DNA of 47,695 bases from an uncultured Holophagales bacterium (GCA_963842525.1 CAWJGT010000018.1:1-47695), one strand, 5' to 3'. Positions 1 through 8,252 are shown, counted from the first letter of the stretch. A program made the numbers and translations. Notes: generated by a model from the letters alone, not told the origin.

Positions 1-700
1 GCAGGCCCCGCGCTCGCCAGCACGCCGCGACCGACTCGGCAAAAGGGCGGCCAAGAACCTTTTCACACTTTTCCACCGTCGCTTCGCTGATCCCGTGAAT
101 TGCTAAAAGGTCGTCTCTTGTCGGCCTCTTCAGGTGCGCAATGCTTGTGATTCCTGCTGCGACAAGCCTCCGCGCACAGCCCGGCGTAATCCCCGCTTCG
201 ACCCATAGCCGTGCTTGCGGCACCTTGTCCAGAAACCTAAGAGGCCGCTGGCGCGCCGGCGCAGGTCTGCCGAAATGCAGGAGGTGCTCCACCTGTTTGG
301 TGCCAAGGCCTTTGATTTTCAGAAGGTCCGCGCGCCGTAGGCGCCGGAGCTGCTCCTCGCTGCGTATTCCAGCCACAGCCAGCTTGTGGGAAAGCCGCGC
401 CGATAGGCCACGCTCAATCCAATACGGCGCGTGCGATTCAAATGGCCGCCCCAGGTACCGTTCGAGCCGCTTTACAGTGAGCTCGCCGATCCCAGGAAGT
501 TCGAGCACCTGTTCGCGGGTGAGCCGCTCCACTTCGGCCACAGTGACGCCAGCCCCAGCGAGCCTCTTCGCTACGTCCGCGGGCAGCCGGCGGCGCCGGC
601 CCCATCCGTGCCCCGTCCGTGTCAGTCCGTGCCCGTCCGTGTCCGCCTCACGGCCCCCTGGGCCTCTCGTCGGTTTGGCGCGCATCACTGTCTGGTTCAT
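1..700 (-). CDS. Partial CDS (runs off left edge): protein with at least 3 tandem helix-hairpin-helix / RNAP alpha-CTD-like repeats
   Basis: Not in the ORF track; translated by hand. Open from ATG 700, which overlaps the stop of the upstream ORF (ATGA), to the window edge. Repeats: KRLAGAGVTVAEVERLTREQVLELPGIGELTVKRL / GLSARLSHKLAVAGIRSEEQLRRLRRADLLKIKGLGTKQVEHL / GITPGCARRLVAAGITSIAHLKRPTRDDLLAIHGISEATVEKC. Confidence 0.75.
   Translation of the reverse strand, partial: MNQTVMRAKPTRGPGGREADTDGHGLTRTGHGWGRRRRLPADVAKRLAGAGVTVAEVERLTREQVLELPGIGELTVKRLERYLGRPFESHAPYWIERGLSARLSHKLAVAGIRSEEQLRRLRRADLLKIKGLGTKQVEHLLHFGRPAPARQRPLRFLDKVPQARLWVEAGITPGCARRLVAAGITSIAHLKRPTRDDLLAIHGISEATVEKCEKVLGRPFAESVAACWRARGL
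604..645. repeat. (G)TCCGTG short tandem repeat, copy 1 (in frame inside the HhH-repeat gene)
   Basis: atccgtgccccgtccgtgtcagtccgtgcccgtccgtgtccg; the same motif recurs at 4526-4580 and 6659-6716. Confidence 0.7.
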
Positions 701-885
701 TTGCGAGCGCTCCCGAGCAGGTCCGAGTCCTCGATCACCAGTAACGCCTCTTGCCGGATCGTCGCTGCGCAACTCTCGCACCGTCGCCGCAGCATGTGAG
801 CTACCACTTGCTTGGCCTCTGTCCTCGCCGCTTCGCCCCGGGCGAATCGCTGCAGCACCGCTCTCTCCGGGTGTGTTGACGCCAT
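697..885 (-). CDS. Small stand-alone anti-sigma-like zinc-finger protein (62 aa)
   Basis: AGGAGG RBS 9 nt before ATG 885. HPERAVLQRFARGE...VVAHMLRRRCESC resembles the zf-HC2/ZAS H...CxxC motif. Coupled to the downstream gene. Confidence 0.6.
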   Translation of the reverse strand: MASTHPERAVLQRFARGEAARTEAKQVVAHMLRRRCESCAATIRQEALLVIEDSDLLGSARK

Positions 886-1079
886 GCCAAACATCCTCCT
901 GTCCTGCCGCGCCCCTCCCGCGGCAGGGCGAGGCTAAACCCGTTCATGCCCGCTTTTGGCAACGAATTTCGCAAACACCCCACCCCTGGGGTCCCGACTA
1001 AAATGTCTTTTCCCTTTGTCCCTAAAAAGCCGCCTGCGGCAACCTACTCTTATGGAGGAGAATCCTTGGGAGGAGAGAG

Positions 1080-2543
1080 TTGGAGAATTTGCGCGGAAAC
1101 CCTTCGCAGCTAGGCTTCGCCCTGGAGCTCCTCCTGGGAGCACACGGCTGGACCGGAGCGCGGCTTGCGGACGCTGCGGGTGTGGCCCCCGCCACGATTT
1201 CCGCTTTTGTCAACGCTGGCTTGAGCCGGGAGCGCCTCGAGGGCTCGCAGCGCTCATGGAGCTGGGCCCGGAAGAGGTCGAGCGCGCCGTCCTCGCCGCC
1301 CGGCTGGTAAAGCCGGACCCACCTTCTGCCAGCTCGCCGGTGGACCCCACACCCGAGCAGCGCCGCAGGGCCGAGAAAACCGCGGCCCAGGCGGCCTGCG
1401 AGATGGGTGACTTGGTCCTGGACCTCCGCCTCCAGGAGATCAGGCAGGAAAACGCCCGGGCGGCCCGTGAAGAAGGAAGGAGGCTCGCGCGCGAGCTTCT
1501 GAGCGATGCACCCGCAGACCAGCGGTACCTGGTCGAAAGCGATCCGGCGTATCAGCACTGGGGATTGGCCGTGGTCCTCTGCACCGAAAGCGAGGCCGCG
1601 GCACCGCGCGATCCCCGCCAGGCCCTGGCGCTGGCCGAGCTGGCCCTCTTCGTCGCCGATCACGTGGACGACAGCGTCTTCAAGCCCTGCCTCCAGGGCT
1701 GGTGTACCGGGCACGTCGCGAACGCTCACCGAGTCATCGGCCGCGATCTTCCCGGCGCTGCCACGGCCTTTGCTCGCGTCTGGAGCCTCTGGCACGAAGG
1801 CGAGGACACGGCGGGCCTGCTCTCCGAAGCACACCTGCTCCATTTGGAGGCCTCGCTGCGCAACGATCTGCGGCAAGTTGACGAGGCCCTCCGCCTTCAC
1901 AACGAGGCGCTGAAGAAAGCGCGCCCGGACGAGCGCGGTGCCATCCTGTTGAACAAAGCCTGTATCCTTCAGGTGGCTGGCGAGCACGAAGAGGCGCTTC
2001 AGATCCTCGCACAGGCGGCGCAGGCCATCGATGCCGAGCGCCAGCCGCGGCTGCTCTGTGTAGTGCGTTTCAACGAGGCCGCGAACCTGCTCCTGCTGGG
2101 CCGGGCCCGGGAGGCCGCTCCGATCATTGCCGAAGTACGCCTGCTGGCCGAGCGGCTGCGCAACAGCGAGGATCTTCTGAGAGCCTCTATGGCTGGAAGG
2201 AAACTGCGCCGCCGGCTTGGGCCAGAGGGAGGAAGCGCTCACCAGACTGGAGCAGGTGCGGCGCGAATTCGCAGCACGTGAAAACCCCTTCGACTATGCC
2301 CTGGCGAGCCTGGACATGGCGCTCTGCTATCGCGAGGAAGGGCGCTTTGCGGAAATCAAGGTGCTGGCGGGCGAGATCCTGGAAATCTTCAAGGCCCAGA
2401 AGGTGCACCGCGAGGCCCTCGCCGCGGTGATCCTTTTCCAAGAAGCTGCTGAGAAGGAGCAGGTCACTGGGGGGCTGGTCCGGCGCCTCCAGGGCTACCT
2501 CTCCAGGGCGAGGAGCAATCTTCAGCTTCGCTTCGAGGGCTGA
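1080..2543 (+). CDS. XRE-type HTH plus TPR-repeat regulator, paralogue 1 (apparent frameshifts at ~1243 and ~2185)
   Basis: Joins ORFs 1080..1310 (LGFALELLLGAHGWTGARLADAAGVAPATISAF, HTH), 956..2281 (TPR-like helices) and 2217..2543. The join at ~2185 is confirmed by alignment with paralogue 3026-4524. Confidence 0.8.
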
Positions 2544-2551
2544 GTGGAAAG

Positions 2552-2577
2552 GGGAGGGGTCATGGCGAGCCCCTCCC
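2552..2577. terminator. Hairpin between the convergent TPR gene and the peptide gene
   Basis: gggagggg-N10-cccctccc; no U-tract. Confidence 0.4.
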
Positions 2578-2593
2578 GGCAAGCAGGTCGCTG

Positions 2594-2899
2594 TTAGCTT
2601 CCGGGCACGCAGATGCCATTTGGGTCGAGCATGCAGCCATGGTCCACCGTAGAATGTGGCGCAACTGGCTCGCAAGGGCCATTGGGATCGATCCCACAGC
2701 CATGATCCGTGCAGGCGCCGTAGGGGTCGAGCCCGCAGCCATGCTCCGCCCAGGCGGCCGTGAGGGTGCCCCAGAGGCGTGCGAGGACGTCGAACAGCCG
2801 CGCCTCGGGGGCGGGCCCTGGCGCTGCCCAGGCGGGTGCGCACAACAGGGTGATCATCAGGAAGACGAGGAGGATACGGGCAAGTCGTCGATGGGCCAT
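2594..2899 (-). CDS. Secreted propeptide (101 aa) with three (D/E)HGCxxDPxGxC repeats
   Basis: AGGAG RBS before ATG 2899. Sec-type signal MAHRRLARILLVFLMITLLCAPAWA, a Trp-rich amphipathic segment, then EHGCGLDPYGAC, DHGCGIDPNGPC and DHGCMLDPNGIC. Confidence 0.85.
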   Translation of the reverse strand: MAHRRLARILLVFLMITLLCAPAWAAPGPAPEARLFDVLARLWGTLTAAWAEHGCGLDPYGACTDHGCGIDPNGPCEPVAPHSTVDHGCMLDPNGICVPGS

Positions 2900-3004
2900 A
2901 CCGGCTCCTGTGGAGGAGGCGGCCTTCTGCACGGCCGCCATGGCCGCGGTGGCGCCTCCGGCCTCTCCATGGTGCCCGGACCAGGCGAATATATCCAACT
3001 TCCG

Positions 3005-3020
3005 CCCTCACCGGTGAGGG
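3005..3020. promoter_or_regulatory. Perfect 16-bp palindrome CCCTCACCGGTGAGGG between divergent genes
   Basis: Seen directly; it overlaps the likely RBS of ATG 3026. Function is inferred. Confidence 0.4.
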
Positions 3021-3025
3021 GATCT

Positions 3026-4524
3026 ATGCCACAGGACAGAGGCGATCAGGAGAAGCAGCTTGGCGAGCCGGCGCTTTTTGGTGACTTCATCTCCTTCCTT
3101 CGTTGGCTGCCAGGAGAGTGGTCGCAGGTCCGCCTCGCCACCAAGGCCGGAATCGACCGCAGCGATCTTCGCCGCTATGAGAAGGGGAAGACGCGGCCGA
3201 GGGAGGCGACCTTCCAGTTGATCCGGGAGGCGGTCGGCGTCCCCCAGCGGCTCATCGGCTTTCTCCGCTGGTGCCACCGGCTGGTCCGCGGGGCGCTCGC
3301 CCTGGACGAGGTGCTCGAACCGCCCGCCACACCGGCCCTGACTGAAGCGTCCCGGGCGGCCGTCGTGGACATCGTGGAGAGGGCGCTGGCCCTGGGCCGG
3401 GCGGAGGAGGCGCTGTTGCGGAGCGCGCCGCGCCGGCTCGGCCCTCCTGCGGAGGAGGACCAGCAACGGGTCGAGGCTCTCTTCGAGAGGCTGAAGGCCG
3501 CTCCACCGGACAAGCAGCGCCTCCTCATCCGGCGTGCGCCGTCATACTGCGACCCGCTGCTCTGCCTGCACATCTGCAAGGTGAGTGAGCACATGGCGCC
3601 ACACGCCGCAAAGGAAGCCCTTGCGTTGGCGGAGCTGGCTCTCTTGATCGCCGCGCACGTCGAAGAGAGCGTCGTCAAGCCCCGCCTCCAGGGCTGGTGC
3701 ACCGCACACATTGCGAACGCTGAACGAGTGATCGGCCGCGACTTCCCCGGCGCTTTGGCGACCTTCGCCCGCGCCTGGCGCCTCTGGCACGAAGGGCAGG
3801 ACCCGGCGGGCCTTTTCTCCGAAGCGCACATGCTCCATCTGGAGGCTTCGCTGCGCAACGATCTGCGGCAGTTCGACGCGGCCCTCCGCCTTCACAACGA
3901 GGCACTGAAGAAAGCGCGCCCTGAGGAACGTGGCGGCATCCTGCTGAACAAAGCCTGTATCTTTCAGGTAAAAGGCGACCACGAAGAGGCGCTTCGAACC
4001 CTGGCCCAGGCGGCGCAGGCCATCGACGCCGCGCGCCAGCCGCGGCTGCGTTGCGTCCTCCGGTTCAACCAGGCGTCGAACCTGCTCTTGCTGGGCCGGG
4101 CCGGGGAGGCGGCACCGATCGTGGCCGAGGTTCGGGAGCTTGTCGAGCGACTCCGCAATAGCGAGGATCTTGTGAGGACCCTGTGGCTGGAAGGAAACTG
4201 CGCTGCAGGCCTGGGCAGAGGGACGAGGCTCTGCTCAAGCTGGAGCAGGTGCGGCACGAGTTCGAGGTCCGGGAGAATCCCTTCGACTACGCACTGGCGA
4301 GCCTGGACCTGGCGCTGCTCTACCGCGAGGTCGGCCGTTTCGCGGACATCAAGCTCCTGGCCGCCCAGATGGTGGAGATCTTCAAGGCCCAGAAGGTGGA
4401 CCGGGAAGCCCTGGCCGCGGTGCTTCTCTTCCAGGAAGCGGCGGAGAAGGAGCAGGTCACCGCCGGGCTGGTCCGGCGGCTCCAGGACCAGCTCTCCAAG
4501 GCGCGCGGCAGGGCCACCACATGA
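3026..4524 (+). CDS. XRE-type HTH plus TPR-repeat regulator, paralogue 2 (apparent frameshift at ~4216)
   Basis: WSQVRLATKAGIDRSDLRRYEKGKTRP is an XRE HTH. The C-terminal TPR region is closely similar to paralogue 1 and continues in ORF 4183..4524. Confidence 0.85.
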
Positions 4525-4525
4525 T

Positions 4526-4622
4526 CGTCCGCTCCGTCCGCTCCGTCCGCTCCGTCCGATTCCGTCCGTGCCAGGCCGTGCCGTCCTTTCTGTCCTTGTC
4601 GTCCCTGCTGTCCTTGCTGTCC
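4526..4622. repeat. Tandem short repeats (GTCCGCTCC)x3, TCCGTG and GTCC(C/T)TGCT
   Basis: Seen directly in the region after the TPR paralogue 2 stop. Confidence 0.7.
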
Positions 4623-4692
4623 CCACGCTAAACACTCGCACCGCCTTCCCCGTATACTCCCCTGCGAAGTTCCACCGCGGAAGGGAGCGCTC

Positions 4693-5671
4693 ATGCCTCT
4701 GCGACGCAAGCGGCTTACACCCGCTGAAAGACTGCGGAAGTTGGTGGATTCCGCACGCACAAGCCGCAATCGCGACCTGCCGACCATGCTCAGGCTGTCG
4801 AGCGCAGCCGTTGCTCTCGCTGAAGAGAAGATCGCCGAGCTTCCCGAATGACCTCGTCATCGCCGCATGGACGCAATTCGGGAATGCGCACCGAATCGCC
4901 GGCCGCTACGAGGTTGCGCAGCAAGCGCTGAATCGGGCAGCCGAGCTGCCGACCTCCGACACGGCAACCAAGGTCGCTCTGCTCGAGGTGACGGCCAACC
5001 TCCACCGCGATACAGGCAGGTACGAAAGTGCAGTGCACCTGCTGACCTCTGCCATCGCCGACCAGAAGTTGCTCGGCGACTCCACTGGCGAAGCCCGGTC
5101 TATGCATCTCCTTGGCCTCACCTATCTGGACTCCGGTGAGCCAGAGCGGGCGCTTTGCGCCTTTCAAACCGCCCTCGGCCTCCTGGGCGATGCACCTCTC
5201 GATGTCGTGGCTTCAACCGGTCATAGCCTCTTCAGAGCGCTCATTCAGGCCGGCCGGCTCTCGGCGGCAGCAGCGGCCCTGGAAGTCTTGGAGCCCTTCT
5301 ATCGCCGCCTCGCCTCCGCGCGTCTGGCCGCCAGGTGCGCCTGGGTGCGAGCCCGTCTATGGCGCAACCTGCTGGCGGTTCATCGCCGCCCGGCTTGCCT
5401 GCGAACGAGCCTCTACAAATTTCCCTACCGATTCGCGATCCCCCGAGCCCTCGCCACGGAGGCCCAGGCAACCGTCCCCCCTCTCCCGTTCGGCGTGGGG
5501 AGCGGCGCTCGCACGGGACAGGGGGCCAGTCGGGGAAGGTTCCGCGCGTCCCCCCTCTCCCGGCGGCGGACGGCTGGAAGATCGGAGCGGAGGCCAGGGC
5601 GTGCGGCCTACGCCGTGCTGCGTCCCAGGTCCTGCTCCAGCCGTTCGAGCCGGCTCTCCGTCTCGCTCTGA
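4693..5671 (+). CDS. TPR-repeat protein (apparent frameshift at ~4845; 3' end uncertain)
   Basis: AAGGGAG RBS and ATG 4693 (MPLRRKRLTPAERLRKLV...), then a frame change into AAWTQFGNAHRIAGRYEVAQQAL...EARSMHLLGLTYLDSGEPERALCAFQTAL, which is TPR-like. The last ~70 codons run through REP sequence. Confidence 0.65.
5476..5607. repeat. Two degenerate REP-type palindromic units
   Basis: They align to the units at 8406-8469 and 8276-8332 (ccccctctccc...gggagaggggg ccagggggtgagg). Confidence 0.7.
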
Positions 5672-5982
5672 CGCCCCTCCACGCGGCGGATCGCCTCCGT
5701 CAGCGACCTGATCAGCTCCTCGTCGGAAGGGCTTCGCTCCACCTTGGCTTCCGCAATGCCACCCAGAGCGGTCGCAAGGTCCTGCACCGTAGCCCCGTAG
5801 CCCACGAGCAGACGCCCGAGGTTCTCGAGAGTCGGGCGGGGCTTGTCGTTCTCCCAGCGTGACAGTTGCCCCTTGTCGAAGCCCAGAGCGTCGGACACCT
5901 CCGTTTGCGTCGCAAACCCCGCTCGTGCACGAAGCTGGGCGAGTGCTTTTCCAAGACCTTCGAAAGGGTCGGTCGCATCCAT
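5608..5982 (-). CDS. XRE-family (CI-like) repressor
   Basis: LGKALAQLRARAGFATQTEVSDALGFDKGQLSRWENDKPRPTLENL. C-terminal coiled coil, no S24 peptidase domain. Divergent from the Cro-like gene. Confidence 0.85.
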   Translation of the reverse strand: MDATDPFEGLGKALAQLRARAGFATQTEVSDALGFDKGQLSRWENDKPRPTLENLGRLLVGYGATVQDLATALGGIAEAKVERSPSDEELIRSLTEAIRRVEGRQSETESRLERLEQDLGRSTA

Positions 5983-5989
5983 GGAAGAC

Positions 5990-6018
5990 ATTCTAGATGT
6001 TGCAGAGCGCAAAAGCAA
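5990..6018 (-). promoter_or_regulatory. sigma70-type promoter for the repressor (probably leaderless mRNA)
   Basis: TTGCTT-17 bp-TAGAAT, then 7 nt to ATG 5982; no RBS. Confidence 0.65.
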
Positions 6019-6051
6019 GCCCCTGAGTTGCAGACCAGCCCAATTTCCCTC

Positions 6052-6081
6052 TTGACACTGTTGCTATATGGTGCATACAGT
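6052..6081 (+). promoter_or_regulatory. sigma70-type promoter for the early operon, overlapped by an inverted repeat
   Basis: TTGACA-18 bp-TACAGT, 7 nt to ATG 6089. CACTGT-N15-ACAGTG (6056-6082) spans the promoter. Confidence 0.65.
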
Positions 6082-6088
6082 GCTCTGC

Positions 6089-6346
6089 ATGACAATCGAT
6101 TGCCTCTGCACACAAGCATCCTTTGGTGAGCTGTTGCGGCGCTGGCGCCGCAATCGGGGTCTCAGCCAGGGCGATCTCGGCAAGCTCCTCGCTCCCGAGG
6201 TCCGGCACTCCACCGTGAGCTGCTGGGAAAACGGCGTCCGCCGCCCGTCATGGAAGTTCCTGGGGCAGATCGTCTCGATCACGGGCATTCCCGCGCATCT
6301 CGCTCTCGGGATCGATAGAGCCAGCCAGGAGAGCGGCCACCCATGA
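6089..6346 (+). CDS. XRE-family (Cro-like) regulator
   Basis: FGELLRRWRRNRGLSQGDLGKLL...STVSCWENGVRRPS. Alternative start at 6068. Confidence 0.85.
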   Translation: MTIDCLCTQASFGELLRRWRRNRGLSQGDLGKLLAPEVRHSTVSCWENGVRRPSWKFLGQIVSITGIPAHLALGIDRASQESGHP

Positions 6347-6657
6347 ACCTCGTGCACCTCTCCCTCCGCCGAGGCGAAGCCGTGGCCGAAGCCCGCCAGG
6401 TCGAAGGCTCCGACATCCTCTACTTCTGCGCGAAGGACTGGTGCCCGCATTACCAGGGCCAGCTCGGCATTCTCGCCGGTGCCGAGACCATGCATTGCGC
6501 CCTGATCCAGTACCCGCCCAACCAGATCTGCCAACCCTTCTACCTCGAAGTCGTCGAGGAGCTCGACAAGCAACGGCGAGCCACCTGGGAGCAGCGCCTC
6601 GCCGAAGCCGAGGCCTTCGAATCCGCCGTAGCCGCCGCCGCAGGAGCCACCGCATGA
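6343..6657 (+). CDS. Hypothetical protein (4 Cys)
   Basis: ATGA overlap with the Cro-like gene; AGGAG RBS. Confidence 0.7.
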   Translation: MNLVHLSLRRGEAVAEARQVEGSDILYFCAKDWCPHYQGQLGILAGAETMHCALIQYPPNQICQPFYLEVVEELDKQRRATWEQRLAEAEAFESAVAAAAGATA

Positions 6658-6658
6658 G

Positions 6659-6716
6659 CGTCCGTGTCTTCCATTCGTCCGTGCCAGTCCGTGTTGGTCC
6701 GTGTCCGTCCGTGTTC
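6659..6716. repeat. (G)TCCGTG short tandem repeat, copy 3
   Basis: gtccgtgtc...gtccgtgccagtccgtgttggtccgtgtccgtccgtgtt. Confidence 0.7.
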
Positions 6717-6733
6717 TTCCAGGGGGTGAGGGG

Positions 6734-7399
6734 GTGATCCACCACCAAGCCCCCCTCCCGCCCGGCTGGCACCTCGCCGACGAGGCCACCCTCCCCGGCG
6801 GCAAGTCCATCTCGGGCACCGCCGCCCGCGTCTACAACCTTCTCCTCGAGACGAGCCGGCGTGCCCACCGTTGGCAAGTCGGCCGGCATCACGCTCCCGC
6901 GGGTTGGGTGCCCACCTGGGTCCTGCGAGAGCCCTGGGCCGGGGGAGCCGCCGGAGACCGCCGCCTGCGGGACCTCCGCGAAGAAGGCCTCGCCATCGAA
7001 AGCCAGCGCTTCACCGCGGACGACGACACCCCGGCCTCCGCCTCCTGGCTCTGGCGTCTGGCCTCGCCGGCCAGCAGCTCGCCCCACCGCCCCACGCCGG
7101 CAGCTCAAGCCGCCGCGCCGCTGCAAGGCATCGCCATCCGCTTCATCGCGGCAAGCGAGGCTCCCAGCGCGATGGACATCTCGCCGGGAGCCTCGTCGCC
7201 GCTCGCGCCGTCCTTCGGCGCCTGCGACGACGAAGCGTACCGCCGAGAGCTGCTCGAAGCCTTCCACGCCGGCCGGCTCGTGACCTACCTGAAGGGCCAC
7301 ACCGAATGGCGCCTCTGGGCAGACCCTGCCGCCGCCTACGACCCGCGCCCCGTCCTCCGGAGCGCTCTCTCCAAGCTGGGGGCCACCCTTGGGGCTTGA
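6734..7399 (+). CDS. Hypothetical protein, possibly with an N-terminal winged helix
   Basis: In the operon, with a GTG start after GAGGGG. The segment AARVYNLLLE...GDRRLRDLREEGLAIES resembles phage wHTH proteins (weak). Confidence 0.6.
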   Translation: MIHHQAPLPPGWHLADEATLPGGKSISGTAARVYNLLLETSRRAHRWQVGRHHAPAGWVPTWVLREPWAGGAAGDRRLRDLREEGLAIESQRFTADDDTPASASWLWRLASPASSSPHRPTPAAQAAAPLQGIAIRFIAASEAPSAMDISPGASSPLAPSFGACDDEAYRRELLEAFHAGRLVTYLKGHTEWRLWADPAAAYDPRPVLRSALSKLGATLGA

Positions 7400-8252
7400 G
7401 CACCTCGCCGCCGTCTGGGAGCACTCCTGCCAGAGCGGCTCCCACCTCATCGTCCTCGTCGCCGTCGCCAGCTACTCCGACCACAACGGCGAGTGGACCA
7501 TCGACCAGGCTACGCTGCAGCGCCGCGCCCGCCTCGGCAATCGCCGCGTCCGGCAGATCCTTACGGAGCTGGTCACCGCCGGCGAGCTCGCCATCACCAG
7601 CCACCACGGCCGCGGCAAGCTTTCCACCTACCGCCTTCTGATCGGGAAGGAAAACTGGAAGCAGACAGCCACTTTTCCCGACCAAAAAGAGGAAGCCCGC
7701 AGCCAGTTTTCCGAAGAAAAACTGGAAGCCGACTGCCAGTTTTCCGGCGAGAAACTGGAAGCCCGCAGCCAGTTTTCTGGCGAAAAACTGGAAGCCGACT
7801 GCCAGTTTTCTCACCCCCCGGTCCCCCCTTTTCCCCCAAACCCCCATATCCCCCCTAACCCCCCACAAGAAGAAGCAGAAACAAAAAATCAGGAGACCTT
7901 CGGTCTCCGGCCCCTGTCGGGTCCGCAATCTGCGATCTCTCGAGTGAATTTTCTGCTCGCTGAAGCGGGAGTCCCGCTGCCGAGCCCTGCCCAGATCGGC
8001 GTCTGGTCGAAGACCCTTGGAGGCGTCGAGCCGCTCCTCGTCCTGTTGGGCCGGCTGGTCCAGGCCGGCCTCGCCAACAAGCGCGAGCCCGCCGCCTACA
8101 TCCACCGCGTGGTCATGGAGCAGGCCGCCCGGCGCGAGCCGGCCAGGCCAATGGATGCCCGGGCCGGCCGCGAGCTCCTGAGAGCCGCAGGAGCCGACGA
8201 AACCCGCTGGCAGCAAGCCCTCGAAATCATCAACAACACGGAGGAGTCATGA
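7389..8252 (+). CDS. Phage-type replication initiator (N-terminal HTH) containing origin iterons
   Basis: HLIVLVAVASYSDHNGEWTIDQATLQRRARLGNRRVRQILTELVTAGEL; internal 11-aa repeats; sits upstream of the loader and helicase. Confidence 0.8.
   Translation: MGLEHLAAVWEHSCQSGSHLIVLVAVASYSDHNGEWTIDQATLQRRARLGNRRVRQILTELVTAGELAITSHHGRGKLSTYRLLIGKENWKQTATFPDQKEEARSQFSEEKLEADCQFSGEKLEARSQFSGEKLEADCQFSHPPVPPFPPNPHIPPNPPQEEAETKNQETFGLRPLSGPQSAISRVNFLLAEAGVPLPSPAQIGVWSKTLGGVEPLLVLLGRLVQAGLANKREPAAYIHRVVMEQAARREPARPMDARAGRELLRAAGADETRWQQALEIINNTEES
7651..7810. repeat. Five iterons (period 33-34 bp), putative replication origin
   Basis: AAAACTGGAAGCnnnnnGCCAGTTTT; GGAAGC cores at 7657, 7691, 7724, 7757 and 7790. 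Most units carry the internal inverted repeat AAAACTGG/CCAGTTTT. Confidence 0.85.

Noticed and set aside
141-1001. 286-aa plus-strand ORF
   Set aside because: Low-complexity Arg/Ser/Pro shadow of the two minus-strand genes, which have motifs and RBS or coupling.
2594-2899. RiPP precursor with repeated cores
   Set aside because: It has a Sec-type signal peptide and no modifying enzyme or peptidase-transporter lies nearby. Not excluded if enzymes act in trans.
1-5607. Direct-repeat copy of the tRNA-Glu 3' end marking the element's left boundary
   Set aside because: Not found by eye; the boundary is outside the window, very short or eroded.
2639-5671. Single 1010-aa protein
   Set aside because: Chance fusion of the peptide-gene antisense, TPR paralogue 2 up to its frameshift, a repeat tract and a separate TPR gene.
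7651-7810. CRISPR array
   Set aside because: Units are contiguous with no unique spacers, lie in frame in a replication gene, and no cas genes are present.
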